Shown here in pieces: positions 51,600 to 64,000 of a DNA stretch of 64,000 bases. Made by a program: the position numbers and the translations under genes. Origin of the DNA: Sphyrna mokarran (lineage: Eukaryota); NCBI GenBank assembly GCA_024679065.1, contig JAGIQG010000009.1:107384001-107448000 (forward strand), in the 5' to 3' direction. Under the pieces are notes generated by a model. That model made no database searches, was not told the origin of the DNA, and was given only the letters and a program-made list of their open reading frames with translations. Each line of letters begins with the position of its first letter. Within the stretch, counting starts at the first letter, position 1.

Positions 51600-53570
51600 T
51601 TTGATGTGCCAGTCCCCAACCAGGCCATTTCACCCTTGCAACCTGACCTTTCACCTTGGTACTACTCTCATCTCCACTCCCTAAATTCAAAAGAACGCAA
51701 CTTGATGGAATATGGTAGCAACTATCCTAGACATCCACTGTCCGCGGCGTGACTATGCCACTTGAAGCACTATCGCATCCTGCTATCGTCTTCTAGCACT
51801 GCTCACTATTTCAGAATCATCCTGGATTCCCTTTCCCAACAACCAACCATCTTCATCAAACCCTCTCCCGTGTTTCCCACTCTTAATTCCAACTACATTT
51901 GTGAAGAGTTCACGGACTCCTTTGTTACAGAAATTGGGACAATCTGATCCACTGCCTCTGTTTATCACTTGCTTCCGCCAATCCACTTGGTTAAACTTCC
52001 TGCTTTAGGTGTGAGATCACACCTTTCTCCAATTTCCCTCCTATCTAACCATATGCTCCAGGTTAATCTCGTCAGTGAGAGCCAGTTGCTGTTCCAGTGA
52101 ACTTATTCCCATCAACCTACTGATTGTTCAATTCCCCGCAACCCGCTGCCACTCAGCTCTCTTTGTTAGCTGATATTGTAAATTACTGCCTCTTTTCAGT
52201 CGTTGCCTTGCTTTGCTATATGGTATAGAATAGGATAGAACCCTTGCAGTGCAGAAGGAGGCCATTCAGCGACTTGTGTGTCCTATTTCGCACTTGTCCT
52301 GGATTAAAAACGCTGAACCAAGCCAATTTGAGAGTTGTGGGTGAATCAAGCCAGTTTACTAAACGAATGTACATACAAGGGAGACCCCAATGTCTATGAG
52401 ACGACATTTCTTCACCACATTTATATAGTATTTTTGTCGACGTTACAGTGTCAATCATGGTAATAGAACAATCCATTGTTTGTACTTTCGACCTTGTATG
52501 TTTATGTCTATGCAAAAGTGATACTTTCTCCATCATTTCCCGGTTCCTCTATGAATCTCCTTCCTCATACCGAAAGTGCATGTATTCTGTCCCTGCCAAC
52601 ATCCTCTTTCCTTTTTATTTGACTCGTTCCCATCGGAAAACAGCAAATTGTTTTAAAGAAATACACATATAAAAATAATGCTTAACTCAGACACTTAGCA
52701 AAAAGTCCCCTTACTTCATTGTTGGAAACCTGTTCGTCCCATCATATCTAAATTATGCAGTTTGTTTTATATTAATTCTTTTCTAAGTTATGTCTGCAAA
52801 TTCAACAAAGCAAAGCCAAATTTTGCAGCGTATGTGTATTAATGGTGACCTACTGTCCCATTTCCAACTCCCTGGACGTCTCAAAAGTCCTTAATCCATT
52901 CCCATCTTTCCCAGAATTCCAAGCTTGAATCCCTCCAATTACGTTTCAGTTTGGATCAATGTCACAAATGAAATCCGATGTGACAAAAGTAATGTGTTCC
53001 TCCTCGATCATCTCAATTTGGTTGCAAATTCTAATACCCGTACCATCTTCCTCCAATATCTTTCCACTGCCATCCAACTGGATGCGACTGGTTCCACGTT
53101 GTTCCAACCTTACAACCAGTGAATCACTTGCAATGGTCAGAATGGTGTCTCTTTAAGTTTCCCCACCATTTCCCAAGAAGTGTTCCTTCGCCCCATCATT
53201 CTTTTATTCATCCATTTTCCCCCATGGCAACGTCACCTGGAAGAATAGTATTCATTTTCATATAGACACTGGTGGCATCCAACGCCACTTCACCGCCATC
53301 TTCCCTACAGTTGCTAAATTTTCACGCTGCTATTCAGACATCCAGGACAGGATGAACACAAATGTCCTCCAATTAAGTATTAGAAAAGCTGAAGCCTTTG
53401 TTTTTTACTCCTGTCCCTCTACTATCGACACTCTCCTTCATTCTCGGAACAATCTAGCATTATGTTAGTCTCATAAAAGCCTTGCTGTCAAGGTTAATCC
53501 TGAGATGATCTCAGGATCGGTGAGCTTTGATCTTTTATGTGCAGCAAAACCATCAAATTCCACCTTCATA
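51600..53570 (+). mobile_element. Degenerate L2-clade LINE fragments (about 51600-52200 and 52850-53570)
   Basis: Pyrimidine-rich relics of LLDLSAAFDTVDH and PQGSxLGP..LF...FH.Y.DD.Q. Confidence 0.6.
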
Positions 53571-54339
53571 ATGTTGAGCCATGGAATTATAGAGAATTCT
53601 ATAATTCTGGAAACAGACTCTTCGGCCCATCTTTTCCATGCCACCCAGTTTTTACCATTAAGCTAGTCCCAATTGTCCGCGTTTGGCCCATATCTTACCC
53701 GTATAACTGTCTGAATGCTTTTTAAATAACAATGTGCATCCGCCTTTACTGTCACCTCTAATAACTGTTCCAGACACTCACCACCCTCTGTGTGAAAACG
53801 TCGCTCCTGTCTCAGTTCATCTGCTGTTGTCACGCTCACCCATGCCTTACATTCCATTCGATTCGACTGTTTCGATCTTTTCGTGGCTGGTCTTTACTGT
53901 GGTTCTTTATCAGCTGCATTTAGAGAGGCATTACATACCACAACAACAACTGCATTCTTATCTCGTTTTTCTACCATTGCATCAAAGATCTCAACCAAGT
54001 TAGTCAAATCTTATCTTTATAGGTAGGTTCTATTCCCTGTTTTTTAATATAGATTCCACTATAGAACGATTTATATGTTGCAGCACAGAGGAGGCCATTC
54101 AACCCGTTAAGTCCGTGCTGCATCTCTGCAAGAGCAATTCCAAAAAATCTAATATTCCATAATTTCCCTATAATTCTGTACATTTTCTCTTCAACTTTGT
54201 TGAAATGCCATTGCAAAGACAAGATTGTAACAGGCCCCGCTACACTCCCAACTTGCCCTTTGCACCTTTCTATTCACATTAACTCCGTATTTTCTGGTTC
54301 TTGACTCTTCCGCCAATCGTAACAACTGTACACTATGGG

Positions 54340-55025
54340 GATGGAGAAGAGGAGCATTGCATTATTTCTGAAAGAGATCCTGACTACATGAGGGAGGCTA
54401 TCTTAGAAGACTCTTCTAATGAGGCCAGTTTAGAAATAAAAAAAAGGGCGATTAATTTGCTGGGTCTATATTACAGGCCTCTCGACAGTCAGAAGGAGAT
54501 TAGAGAAACAGGTGTGCAGGCAAATAACAGGGAGGTGTGAGAAGAAGAAGGTTATTGTCGTAGAGGATTTCAACTTTGCCAGTGACTGGATAAAATAGAT
54601 TTGTTTTTCCTGAAGCAGAGAAGGCTGACCGGGGGTGGGGGTGCGTGGTAGGGAGTGGCAATATGATAGAGGCCTACAAAACCGTGAAACGCATAGTGAG
54701 CATGGATCTCTTTCCCATTGCAGAGCTGTCTAAGAGCAGAGGGCATAGATTTAAAGTGAGAAGTGAATTCTTTAGCGGGAATCTGAGGAAAAGCATTTCA
54801 CCCAAATGGTGGTGGAAAAATGGAACGCGCTGTCTGAGAGGGTGGGAGAGACAGGTACCTTTGCAACATTTAAAAAGCATCTGGACGAGCACTTAAATCT
54901 CTAAGGCATATTAGGCTGTGGAACAAGTGCCGATAAATAGGACAGTTTATGGTGGCATTAGATAGTCGGTATAGACATGGTAGGCCAAATGGCTTGTTTC
55001 TGTTTTTTATGACTCTGACTCTATA
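54340..55025 (+). mobile_element. CR1 relics (endonuclease piece joined to an ORF2 3' end)
   Basis: LGLYYRPLDS plus a degenerate DFN motif, then MIEAYK...SRGHRFKVR and the tail. Confidence 0.75.
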
Positions 55026-55959
55026 AACAAAACCATACTCTGGCAAAACGTGCAGATGCCGGCATTGGATTGGGGTGTGCACAGAAACTATTCTCAGAAT
55101 GGCAGGTTAAAGCCCAAAAAGTTCACTTGAAATCAACCTATTCCAAACAAACAGATTCCAAATAAACTGTTGGACTTAAACCTGATGTCGCGGGACTTCT
55201 TAGTAAACTCTGGCAAACCAGTTGTCTCAACAAAATACATTGCTAAATGTCTGTTTAGCGAAGTTCCAGAGGACATGCCGGTGCGATAGATCAATGTGTC
55301 CTATGGACAGATGAATCCATGTTCCCCATCATTGCAGACATACAGCAGACATTGAAATCATTCCAGACGATTTTAAACACTGATTGTGTCCATCCATTTA
55401 AATTCTATACACAATCTGTATAACGTTTAAGTACTCCGGATTTTGCACTCCCTTTTAAGGTTATAAACAACATTATCACTCTATCCTTTGTTTTGAAAGT
55501 GAAACAATTCTGTGCGCATTCCAGAAGCACAGACAGACATAAATTTTCGCAACAAGTCGCTTGTAAAAAACAGTCAGTGATAGGGGTTTAATTTAATGAT
55601 ACAGTTACGCCAGGTAAGAAAAGTTTGAGACGATGGGTTCACTACATCGTTCTTGAGCGGATAACAGCACATTTTGGTATATATTGAAGTAGTGGCAGGA
55701 AAGATACCATAAAACATTCTATAATCTCGGCAAGAAGTTCTAAAAGTGACAAAAACTTTGATGAGAGGAATTGTCCCACGATCTTAGACAGCCAGTCAGG
55801 GAACAATAAAAAAATCACCTAACAGATGAACATCAAACTCGAGACACAAATCAGAAACTGATCATGCGCCGTGCAGACCAAACATAGAAAGATCACACAT
55901 CGCTTAAGCCAATTAGAAGAGACCCATTTCTCGTTTAAACCAATCAGAAAGCAATAATC

Positions 55960-56238
55960 GGGGCGGCAGGGTGGCACAGTGATTTGCACTGCTGCCTCAG
56001 AGTCCCGGTGACCTGGGGTCGATTCCTGGCTTGTTTCGCTGTCTGTTTGGAGTTTCCATGTTGTCCCCGTGCCTGCGTGGGCTTCCTCCGGGTGTTCCTG
56101 TTTCCTTCCACAGTCTGAAAGACGTTCTTGTTAGGGTGCATTGATCCGAACGGGTGCTGGAATGTGGCGACGAGGGAAATTTCAGAGTAACTTCATTGCA
56201 ATGTTAGTGCAAGCCTTACTTGTGACTAATGAATAAAC
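55960..56238 (+). mobile_element. V-SINE subfamily with an alternative, Rex-like tail. Also at about 8170-8465(-), 12760-13043(+), 16325-16605(+), 16940-17235(+), 20540-20860(-), 32670-32835(-), 41560-41780(-), 61600-61875(-), 62450-62745(-)
   Basis: Same head and body as the HE1-like SINE, but the consensus tail is gtaacttcattgcagtgttaatgtaagcctacttgtgacactaataaa. Confidence 0.85.
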
Positions 56239-56244
56239 TGTATT

Positions 56245-57365
56245 TTCTACAGAAAATGCAGATGTGTGGAATAGAGGGTGATTTAGCTAATTGGATTAGG
56301 AATTGGCTGGCAGATAGAAGACAGAGGGTGGGGGTTGATGGGAGATATTCATCGTGGAGTTCGGTGACGAGTGGTGTGCCTCAGGGGTCTGTTTTGGGCC
56401 CCTGCTGTTTGTAATTTTTATAAATGATCTGGATGAGGGTATTGAGGGATGGATCAGTAAATTTGCAGATGATACTAAAGTTGGTGGTGTGGTAGATAGT
56501 GAAGAGGGGTGTTTTAGTTTACAGAGTGACTTGGACAAGTTGCAGAGCTGGGACGAGAGGTGGCAAATGGAGTTTAATGTGGAAAAGTGTGAGGTAATGC
56601 ACTTTGGCAGGAACAATAACTGTGTAGAGTATAGGGCTAATGGTAGGGCTCTTAATAGTGTTGAGGAACAGAAGGATCTTGGTGTATGTGTCAATAGATC
56701 CCTGAAAGTAGGCAGTCAAGTGGATAAAGTTGTTACGAAGGCATATGGAGTCTTAGCTTTTATTGGTAGGGGGATTGAATTTAGGAGCCGCAGCATCATG
56801 TTGCAACTGTACAAAACTCTAGTGCGGCCGCACTTGGAGTATTGTGTGCAGTTCTGGTCGCCACATTATAAGAAAGATGTGGAGGCATTGGAGAGGGTAC
56901 AGAGGAGGTTTACCAGGATGTTGCCTGGTATGGAGGGCAGGTCCTATGAAGAGAGGTTGAAGGATTTGAGGTTGTTTTCGTTAGAAAGGAGGCGGCTAAG
57001 AGGGGATCTTATTGAAGCATATAAGATGATTAGAGGTTTAGATAGGGTGGACAGTGATAGCCTTTTTCCTAGGATGGAGAAAGCTAGCACGAGGGGACAC
57101 AGCTTTAAATTAAGGGGTATGAGTTATAGGACGGATATCAGAGGTAGGTTCTTTACTCAAAGAGTGATTAGGGAGTGGAATGCCCTGCCTGCAGCTGTTG
57201 TAGATGCGCCAAGTTTGGTGGCGTTTAAGAGGTTATTTGATAAGTATATGGAAGAGAAGGGAATGGTTTAGTTTGGAGGGGCATTGCTTTTTATTTTGGT
57301 CGGCACAACATCGAAGGCCGAAGGGCCTTTTCTGCGCTGTAATGTTCTATGTTCTATGTTCTATG
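56245..57365 (+). mobile_element. Young CR1 LINE, near-identical to 45377-46498
   Basis: Same sequence with a few substitutions and one 1-nt deletion near 56395; same tail. Confidence 0.97.
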
Positions 57366-58539
57366 TAGCTTTATGATGTAATTACTCGCGCTCTGCGTTG
57401 TGGCTTGAAAAGAGTTAATAAGCAGCAGTTTCCACTCATCAAGGAGCGTTCCAAATTTGAAACAGAAGTTTACACTGGCTGCTGTCCACAGAGAAGCAGA
57501 GGTAATGGCGAGAGCACAGACCGAACATCGACCTGAATCGGGAAGCAAGATCTCTAATGCGCCTGTGAAATCGCTGCCCGATATTCATAACTATTAGGTT
57601 ATAACTTATTAAAATTTACTCAGTTACTTCACAAACCTGTCTCATGATGCTTGTATATTTAAAGTCTCAAGTGATCACAATTCGAATTTACATATGCTAA
57701 ATTCTCTTAGCCAAGAACAACATCATACGTGTCAGCAATTTCGCCACTGGCGCAATAACGAATAGAGGTCCCCACAGTGGTTCTAGGGAGGGCGGGTTGG
57801 AGTGTCACTTGAATGTGACCCAACATGAAGTATCAGGAAATAGCGTCTGCCACTGGAATATTAGAATAACATGTTTTCTGTGGGATTAATCAGCAGGAAC
57901 AGGGAATTTCTCATCAATATGGCCACATAGCCTTCAGTTTCGTACAACACCGCCATCGCGTGGAGAAGTTTAGAATTGCCCGAAACACGGCAATAGGTGC
58001 AAAAATCATTGCACATGCAACCCGTACATGACACTCAGGTCAGACCAAGATGGAATTTCTTGAGGCTTTGACTGACAAAGTGGAGACTAGATGAATTTTG
58101 ACTTTTAGATGCCTACTGAGGTATTGCGAGATTTGGAAACTGCCAAAATTAAAGCAACCAGGCTGGTCACCAGAAGCATATGTCACGACGGCAACGAGGC
58201 ATTAAAGGGCAGACCAAATACGATTTCCTGCCATAATTCTGGACAAATCTAGAGTACAGCTTTCCAGCAGTAAGCATAGAGTTTTCGCGATGTGGGACAC
58301 TGCAGGAGATCTGCACTCTAAGATGCTAGCAGTTAAACCTGGTTCAGAACTACACAACAACCAGCAAGGACATACCAAAGTACCTCTACTCACTCGCCTA
58401 GAAGGTTTGCAGCAGGCAATATTTTCTGGGTTTCCTGAGGCGCGCAATGTTGACGCATCTAAATGAGCGACTTGGGTGCAATCAGAGGTCAAATATTCCA
58501 ACTCTTTCTTCTGAAAAAATGTTGTTTACTATGACCCAT

Positions 58540-58840
58540 CTGACCGTTCATACTTTAATCTATTCGTCCATCCAGCTGTCCACCTCTCTATTCGTCCATC
58601 TATCTGCCATTCCGTTCATCCTCCCTCCATCCAATCATCCATCCACTTGTCTATCCATCCAATCCGTCCGTTCATCTGTCCATTCATGCGTCCACTGTCC
58701 ATCAGTCCATTAATTTATCCATCTATTCATCTATTCGTCCTTTCATTCATCCATCCAGCCATACACCCATTTGTCTGTTCGTTTGTCCTTCCATCCATTC
58801 GCCCATGCATCCATCTATCCATTTATCCATCCATCCATGT
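58540..58840. repeat. Degenerate (TCCA)n simple repeat
   Basis: Seen directly. Confidence 0.9.
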
Positions 58841-60477
58841 ATTTGTTAGGTTTAGGCTGCACTCCTATATGGAGGTGAGCTTACAGATGAAGAGATTTCA
58901 GTTCTGGCAGGTAGGACATTTACTTTAATTTGTATCTTAGTTTATTTGGTTTAGTTTATTTGGTTATTTGATTTACTTCAAAATAATAAACCACTTACCT
59001 CAAGAATCACATTTCATCTGACCTTAGCAACTTCCCAAAAAGAGATGGCATTAATCTTACTTTTGTTTTTTTTTTCCCATATTGCGATGCACTACTGGAG
59101 TTTCCAATTAATTCCAACGCACGATGGCGCAATGGTTAGTACTGCTGCCTCACGACGTCAGGGATCGGGTTCGATTCCCAACCTCGGGTTACTGTGTGGA
59201 GTTTGCATATTTTCGCTGTGCTTGCGTACGCCCCCTCCAGGTGGCCTGGTTTCCTCCCACAGTCCAAAGATATGCGCATTAGGTGGATTGGCCATGTGTC
59301 AGGGGGACTAGCTAGGTTAAATACATGGGGTTAAGCGGATAGAGCCTGGGTGGGATTCTGGCTGGTGCAGACTCGATGGCCAAAAGGCCTCCTTTTGCAT
59401 TGTCGGTCTCTATGATCCAAATTTAGATGCCAATTTATCAGTATTATGTATGGCATGGAGGATGGTGGGGTCAAAAATCACCATAATGCTTCAACAACTG
59501 AATAATTTCCATGTTATTACCCAAAGGGAACCTGTAGCTCCTTTTACACCAGTCTTCCCCAGACCATTATTTCCCACATCAAACTACTTTTCAGAATAGA
59601 ACGATTTGATGAGTATTCCTCATTAAGACTGCAAAATTCTCTTGCTAATGTATTCGGTTTTACTTGGTTGAGCGTTATTGTTTCGCACGTTTGCTCTGGC
59701 TACGGAACTCCATCTAAATTAACTGTTAGGGGATGTTTTGTAGAATATTTCTAAGCATAGCAGACATGAGGCTGTGACAATTTATGATTATTACACTCCT
59801 TATAGGTTTTAATCAACGAAGTGCGTGCAGATTCATTGATGGAGCTTTACTTCATAGTCATTTATCCAAAGTAAGCATGATCAGTATTGTTGATGTCTGA
59901 GTAGAAATCAGACCATTTCCTTCCCTATATCTGCATCATCACTTGCCTACAGCTTTCCACGTTCCACTAGAAATTTGTTTAGCTCAGCTATGCCTACTTG
60001 CTTCCTGCAGCGACATGGGCTCATTACTCTAAAGGATATTTCGCAACTTAATAGGTTAACATTGTCTTACTTAATACGTCAATGGTTTGTGATTATAAAC
60101 TGTTAATTTTAACTACCCGATTTTAGTTGCCCCCATGATGATGTTTTAACAACAATCAAAGATGTCCTTACTCTATGTCTGATTTGCTTTGCAGTTATCT
60201 ATCTCATGGACATTTGCTTTTGCCTTTGGGCACTTGTTCCCCTTTTCGATTACAATGGCATTGTGGCATTGCCGCTGGATTAGTAATCCAGATTCAGGGC
60301 AATTCTCTGAGGACCCTGGTTCGAATCCAACCACGACAGATGGTAAAATTTGAATTGAATAAAAATTTGGAATTTAAAGCCCAATGATGACCATGAAACC
60401 ATTGTTTATTGTTGGGAAAAAAATTGGTACACTAATGTATTTTGGGGAAGGAAATCTGCCGTCCTTTCCTCGTCTGT

Positions 60478-60560
60478 GAGAAGTTTCACAACAAAATCCA
60501 ACAGGTTTATTTGGTACCATGACCTTTCAGAGTGTTGATCCTTCATCAGGTGAGTGGCTA
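60478..60560 (-). mobile_element. Penelope pseudo-LTR fragment with a degenerate hammerhead core, inserted in a SINE
   Basis: Minus strand reads cacCTGATGAaggatcaacactctGAAAgg...ccaaataaacctgttgga. A related inverted pair lies at 55100-55200. Confidence 0.6.
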
Positions 60561-62896
60561 ACGAGGCCTGACCTACATGTGATTCCAGCCCACAGTAATA
60601 TGGTTGACACTTAAGTGCCCTTAGGGATGGGCAATAAAGGCTGGCCGAGCCGGCGACGCCCATGTCCTATAAATGAACGAATACTTAAAAAATGCAGGAA
60701 ATAGAGGGAAGGGTTCTCAATTATTTTCAAATATAAAGCTCCCTTGGTGATGTGAGTGCAACTTAAGGAGAGTGTTTATACGCTTTTGAAGTTTCTATCC
60801 CTTCTATCTAATCAAAACCGCTTGCATTGTAACACATGTTTTTCTTCGGCATAAAGACGAGTGATACAACCAGACATGTCTTGATAGTTTTGCTTCAGGT
60901 ACACAATATGAACCTTGTTGCAAGTCTGGGCAATAATTGAATCAAAATTTGGGCTTCGACTCCACCCGAAATCTCATCTCCTTGGGGTCGCGACAATGCC
61001 ACAGAGGATCCCCAAGAAGCCGATCCCCGTTCTGTCTACACGTTGTTCGCCGGCTTCTAAGTCAGTCCTGCGATCTAAGCTAAAAAGATCTTCATCTCAC
61101 TGTTCCTGCAGCAGCCGCTCGAGTCCCTCCGGTATTCTGGAGACATCCAACAATGGCTGATGGTACCCCAACTCCTGAGGGCACTTTCCATGTCGTGTTG
61201 AACCCGAGATAGGAAGATGTCAAATGTGAAGAACTCCTGATTAACGCTCACCAGAAGCTTAAGTAGATGATTTCCTCCGAGTGCTCCGGTTTCCTCCCTC
61301 AATCCAAAGATGTGCGGGTTAGGTTGATTGGTCATGCTAAGAAATTGCTCTTTAGTGTCCAGGGTAGCGGAGGTTAGAGGGTTTAGTGGGTAAAATATGT
61401 AGGGATATGGGGATAGGTCTGGATGGAGTTGTGTTTGGTGCAGACTCGATGGGCTGAGGGGCCTCTTTCGGCACTGTAGGGTTCTATGATCTATGAAAAG
61501 AGGAGGTTATTGGAGAAGGTAAAGAAACGTGAATAGATCTTGGACTTAACGTATAAAAAGAGGCAAGAAAGGATATCGAAAGAAATATTTGAACGAACAA
61601 AAGTTTATTTAATATTGGGTTTACGTTAACACTGCGATGAAGTTGCTGTGAAAAATCCATTAGGCACCACACCCGGTGCGAGAATTTAGCATGGCCAACG
61701 CACCTAACCAGCACTTCTTTCGGACTGTGGGAGGAAGCCAGAGTACCGGGAGGAAACCCACACAAACATGGGAGAACAAGCAGACTCCACATAGGCAGTG
61801 ACCCAAACCCGGAATAGAAATTGGATCCCTGCCGCTGGAGGCAGCAGTACTGACCACTGTACCACCGCGCCGCCCCATACAAATCAAAGACAATGAATGA
61901 ATCTCCACCAAATCCTGCTCGCCCAAAGATCGCAGGCTGAGGTGATCCACCTGGCCTTGAAGCAGTTTGAATACATTTTGAGAAAATGCTTCACCAGCAG
62001 AGATATTTTTAGCATGGAATAAACTTGTATTCAATAAATATTGAATTTTCTTTCAAACAAGTCACGGCAGAATTGTCTCCGCACTCTTTGCCGGATCCAC
62101 GTCGCTGTTTCATCAAAGAAGGAAACTCCGTTCACGGGGTTGGGGATGGTAGGGGGTGGAGGTCGTTACCTGCACGCCAATCCCCAAGCTCCGCCCCATA
62201 CAGAAAGCAGAGGGATTGGATGTACACTTAAATCTCCAACCCGGCATATCAAAATGGCAATTTATGTGTCATTTAGTTTTTTAGCAAGATATACCTGTAC
62301 AGTAAGTACAGAGTCTTCAAACTGTTCAACCTCTCAATATGTTTGTGTGGTAAAACACGCGGGTGAAGATTGTTTTTGGAGGATTTTTGTAGGAGTGGGG
62401 TGGATGGGATGTCGAGGCTACAGAAACAGCAACGTATAGCTGTCTGCAATAATATTTAACGTTAACTTAGAAGTGTCACAAGTAGACTTTCATTAATACT
62501 GCAATGAAGTTACTGTGAAAATCCTGCAGTCGTCACACTCCTGCGCCTATTCGGGTACACCGAGGAAGGATTTAGCATGGCCAATGTACCTATCCAGCAT
62601 ATCTTTTCAAGTGTGGGAGGAAACCGGGAGAAACGCACACACGCATCAATAGAACATGCAGCTTCCGCACCTCCAAGGCTAGAATCGAACCTGCGTCTCT
62701 GGCACTGTGAGACAGCAGTGCAGTCACGTCGCCACCGTGCCTCCCATACCCAGTAGCTGTCTATCGAATTTGGCTGTCCGTTGTATGAATAAGCACGAAA
62801 ATTATTGGCCTCCCGGCTTCTTTTGCAACATTTTTGTTCTTCATAACAATAGATGACAGAATAACATTATCAACTTGATCAGCCAACCATACAAAT

Positions 62897-62902
62897 TTTA
62901 TT
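62897..62902 (-). terminator. Candidate polyadenylation signal of gene C
   Basis: AATAAA on the minus strand about 490 nt after the stop, beyond an AT-rich 3' UTR. Confidence 0.45.
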
Positions 62903-63386
62903 TAGATAAAAGACTTCGTTTAATGGAAAATAGCTAAGCCAACATCACCAACCCTAAACGGAACACGGACATACTCAACTACCTTCTTATCCGCAACAAC
63001 AACATGTCTGGAGGAAATCTATTCCTCAATATCTCCAGGGCAAGGTACAATAATTAGAGGATTCGTTCATTGGAAAGTGATTACGATGACAGATGCCAAA
63101 TAGTGAAGACTGTACAAAAAAAGCAACTCATCACGATTCATTACTGGTCGCGATGATTAAAATCAAAATAAAGAGTGAAAGAATAAAAATAAATCACGTG
63201 TTTATGAACTTTTGAGAATAAAATAACAGCAATATGTTGCAAAAATGCGACTCTTTGATTTACAGGAAGGGAGTACTGCACCTTGCATTTTGTACCAAAG
63301 ATCATGTTCATCGAAATCTCAACCCTGAACTCACTATTGATGTACCATTTTTCAGTCCTTTCTTTGCCGATTCCATGCCTGAGGCA

Positions 63387-63629
63387 TCATTGGCGTGCCG
63401 GGGCCCGAACCACCCCGTACACTACCGGTTCTTCCATCTGGTTTCGAGGTCTCACTGGCGCCTGATTCTTGTTCTTATCACGACTTTGCCTCACTACCGC
63501 GTACACAACCTCGTCTTCTCGTTGAGGCGGGGGTTCCACCTCATGATTGTTCGTGCGATTCCTCGGTCGCTGTGTTTTGGGTTTGGCGATGCGCAGGTCA
63601 GCATAAATAACATTGTTCGACGTGTCTCC
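63387..63629 (-). CDS. Gene C terminal exon: inhibitory-receptor cytoplasmic tail with three ITIMs (remainder of gene probably mostly beyond the window)
   Basis: Long polypyrimidine tract then tttgag|GGA GAC (the rarer GAG acceptor). Encodes GDTSNNVIYADLRIAK...EDEVVYAVVRQ...EEPVVYGVVRAPARQ*. VIYADL, VVYAVV and VVYGVV fit V/I/L/SxYxxL/V. Confidence 0.85.
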   Translation of the reverse strand, partial: GDTSNNVIYADLRIAKPKTQRPRNRTNNHEVEPPPQREDEVVYAVVRQSRDKNKNQAPVRPRNQMEEPVVYGVVRAPARQ

Positions 63630-64000
63630 CTCAAATGAAACAAAATTTAAGAAGAAAGAAACGGAAATGTTAACACTGCAGTTGTTCAGCATAATAGTGC
63701 CATTACTGACCTAATGTAAAAACGCAGGAAGATGTGTTGCGAAGTTGTGCTTAGAGGTTAGAAGTGCAATCACATAGAGTGGCAAGAAAAATAAAATGTA
63801 AAGGGCAAACAACAGGGTTACCAAGGCAACAGACTTTCAGGCATTTGGATCTTTTTGAACTCAGCCAATCAATTTGAATTAGGCAATTAGAAAGCAACAA
63901 CCTATTAAATTTAAATCTGATGATTTTGGCAATTTCGGACCTATCCCTTTGTGAGGGATATTGATGTGACTTCACGGGTATAAAAGAAAAGAGCAGCGGG

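Overview
Repeat-dense vertebrate genomic DNA, most likely from a shark or ray. The repeats include HE1-like V-SINEs, HER1-like CR1 LINEs, a Deu-type SINE, and Rex1/Babar, L2, RTE and Penelope relics. Most entries in the ORF track are transposon fragments or noise. Reading splice sites by hand reveals a small cluster of immune-type single-pass receptor genes. Gene A (+, 1632 to ~8965) contributes its TM and cytoplasmic exons; its ectodomain presumably lies upstream of the window. Gene B (+, 28345 to ~44933) is nearly complete: leader, one V-type Ig domain with a germline J-like strand resembling NKp30/NCR3, an uncharged TM, and a tail built from micro-exons with the same phase pattern as gene A. 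Gene C (-, terminal exon 63629-63387) is convergent and encodes three ITIMs. A second notable signal is a CR1 LINE family whose 3' UTR carries the V-SINE central domain without a tRNA head; short target-site duplications suggest it moves as one unit. All gene models are manual, with no RNA or database support, and repeat boundaries are approximate.
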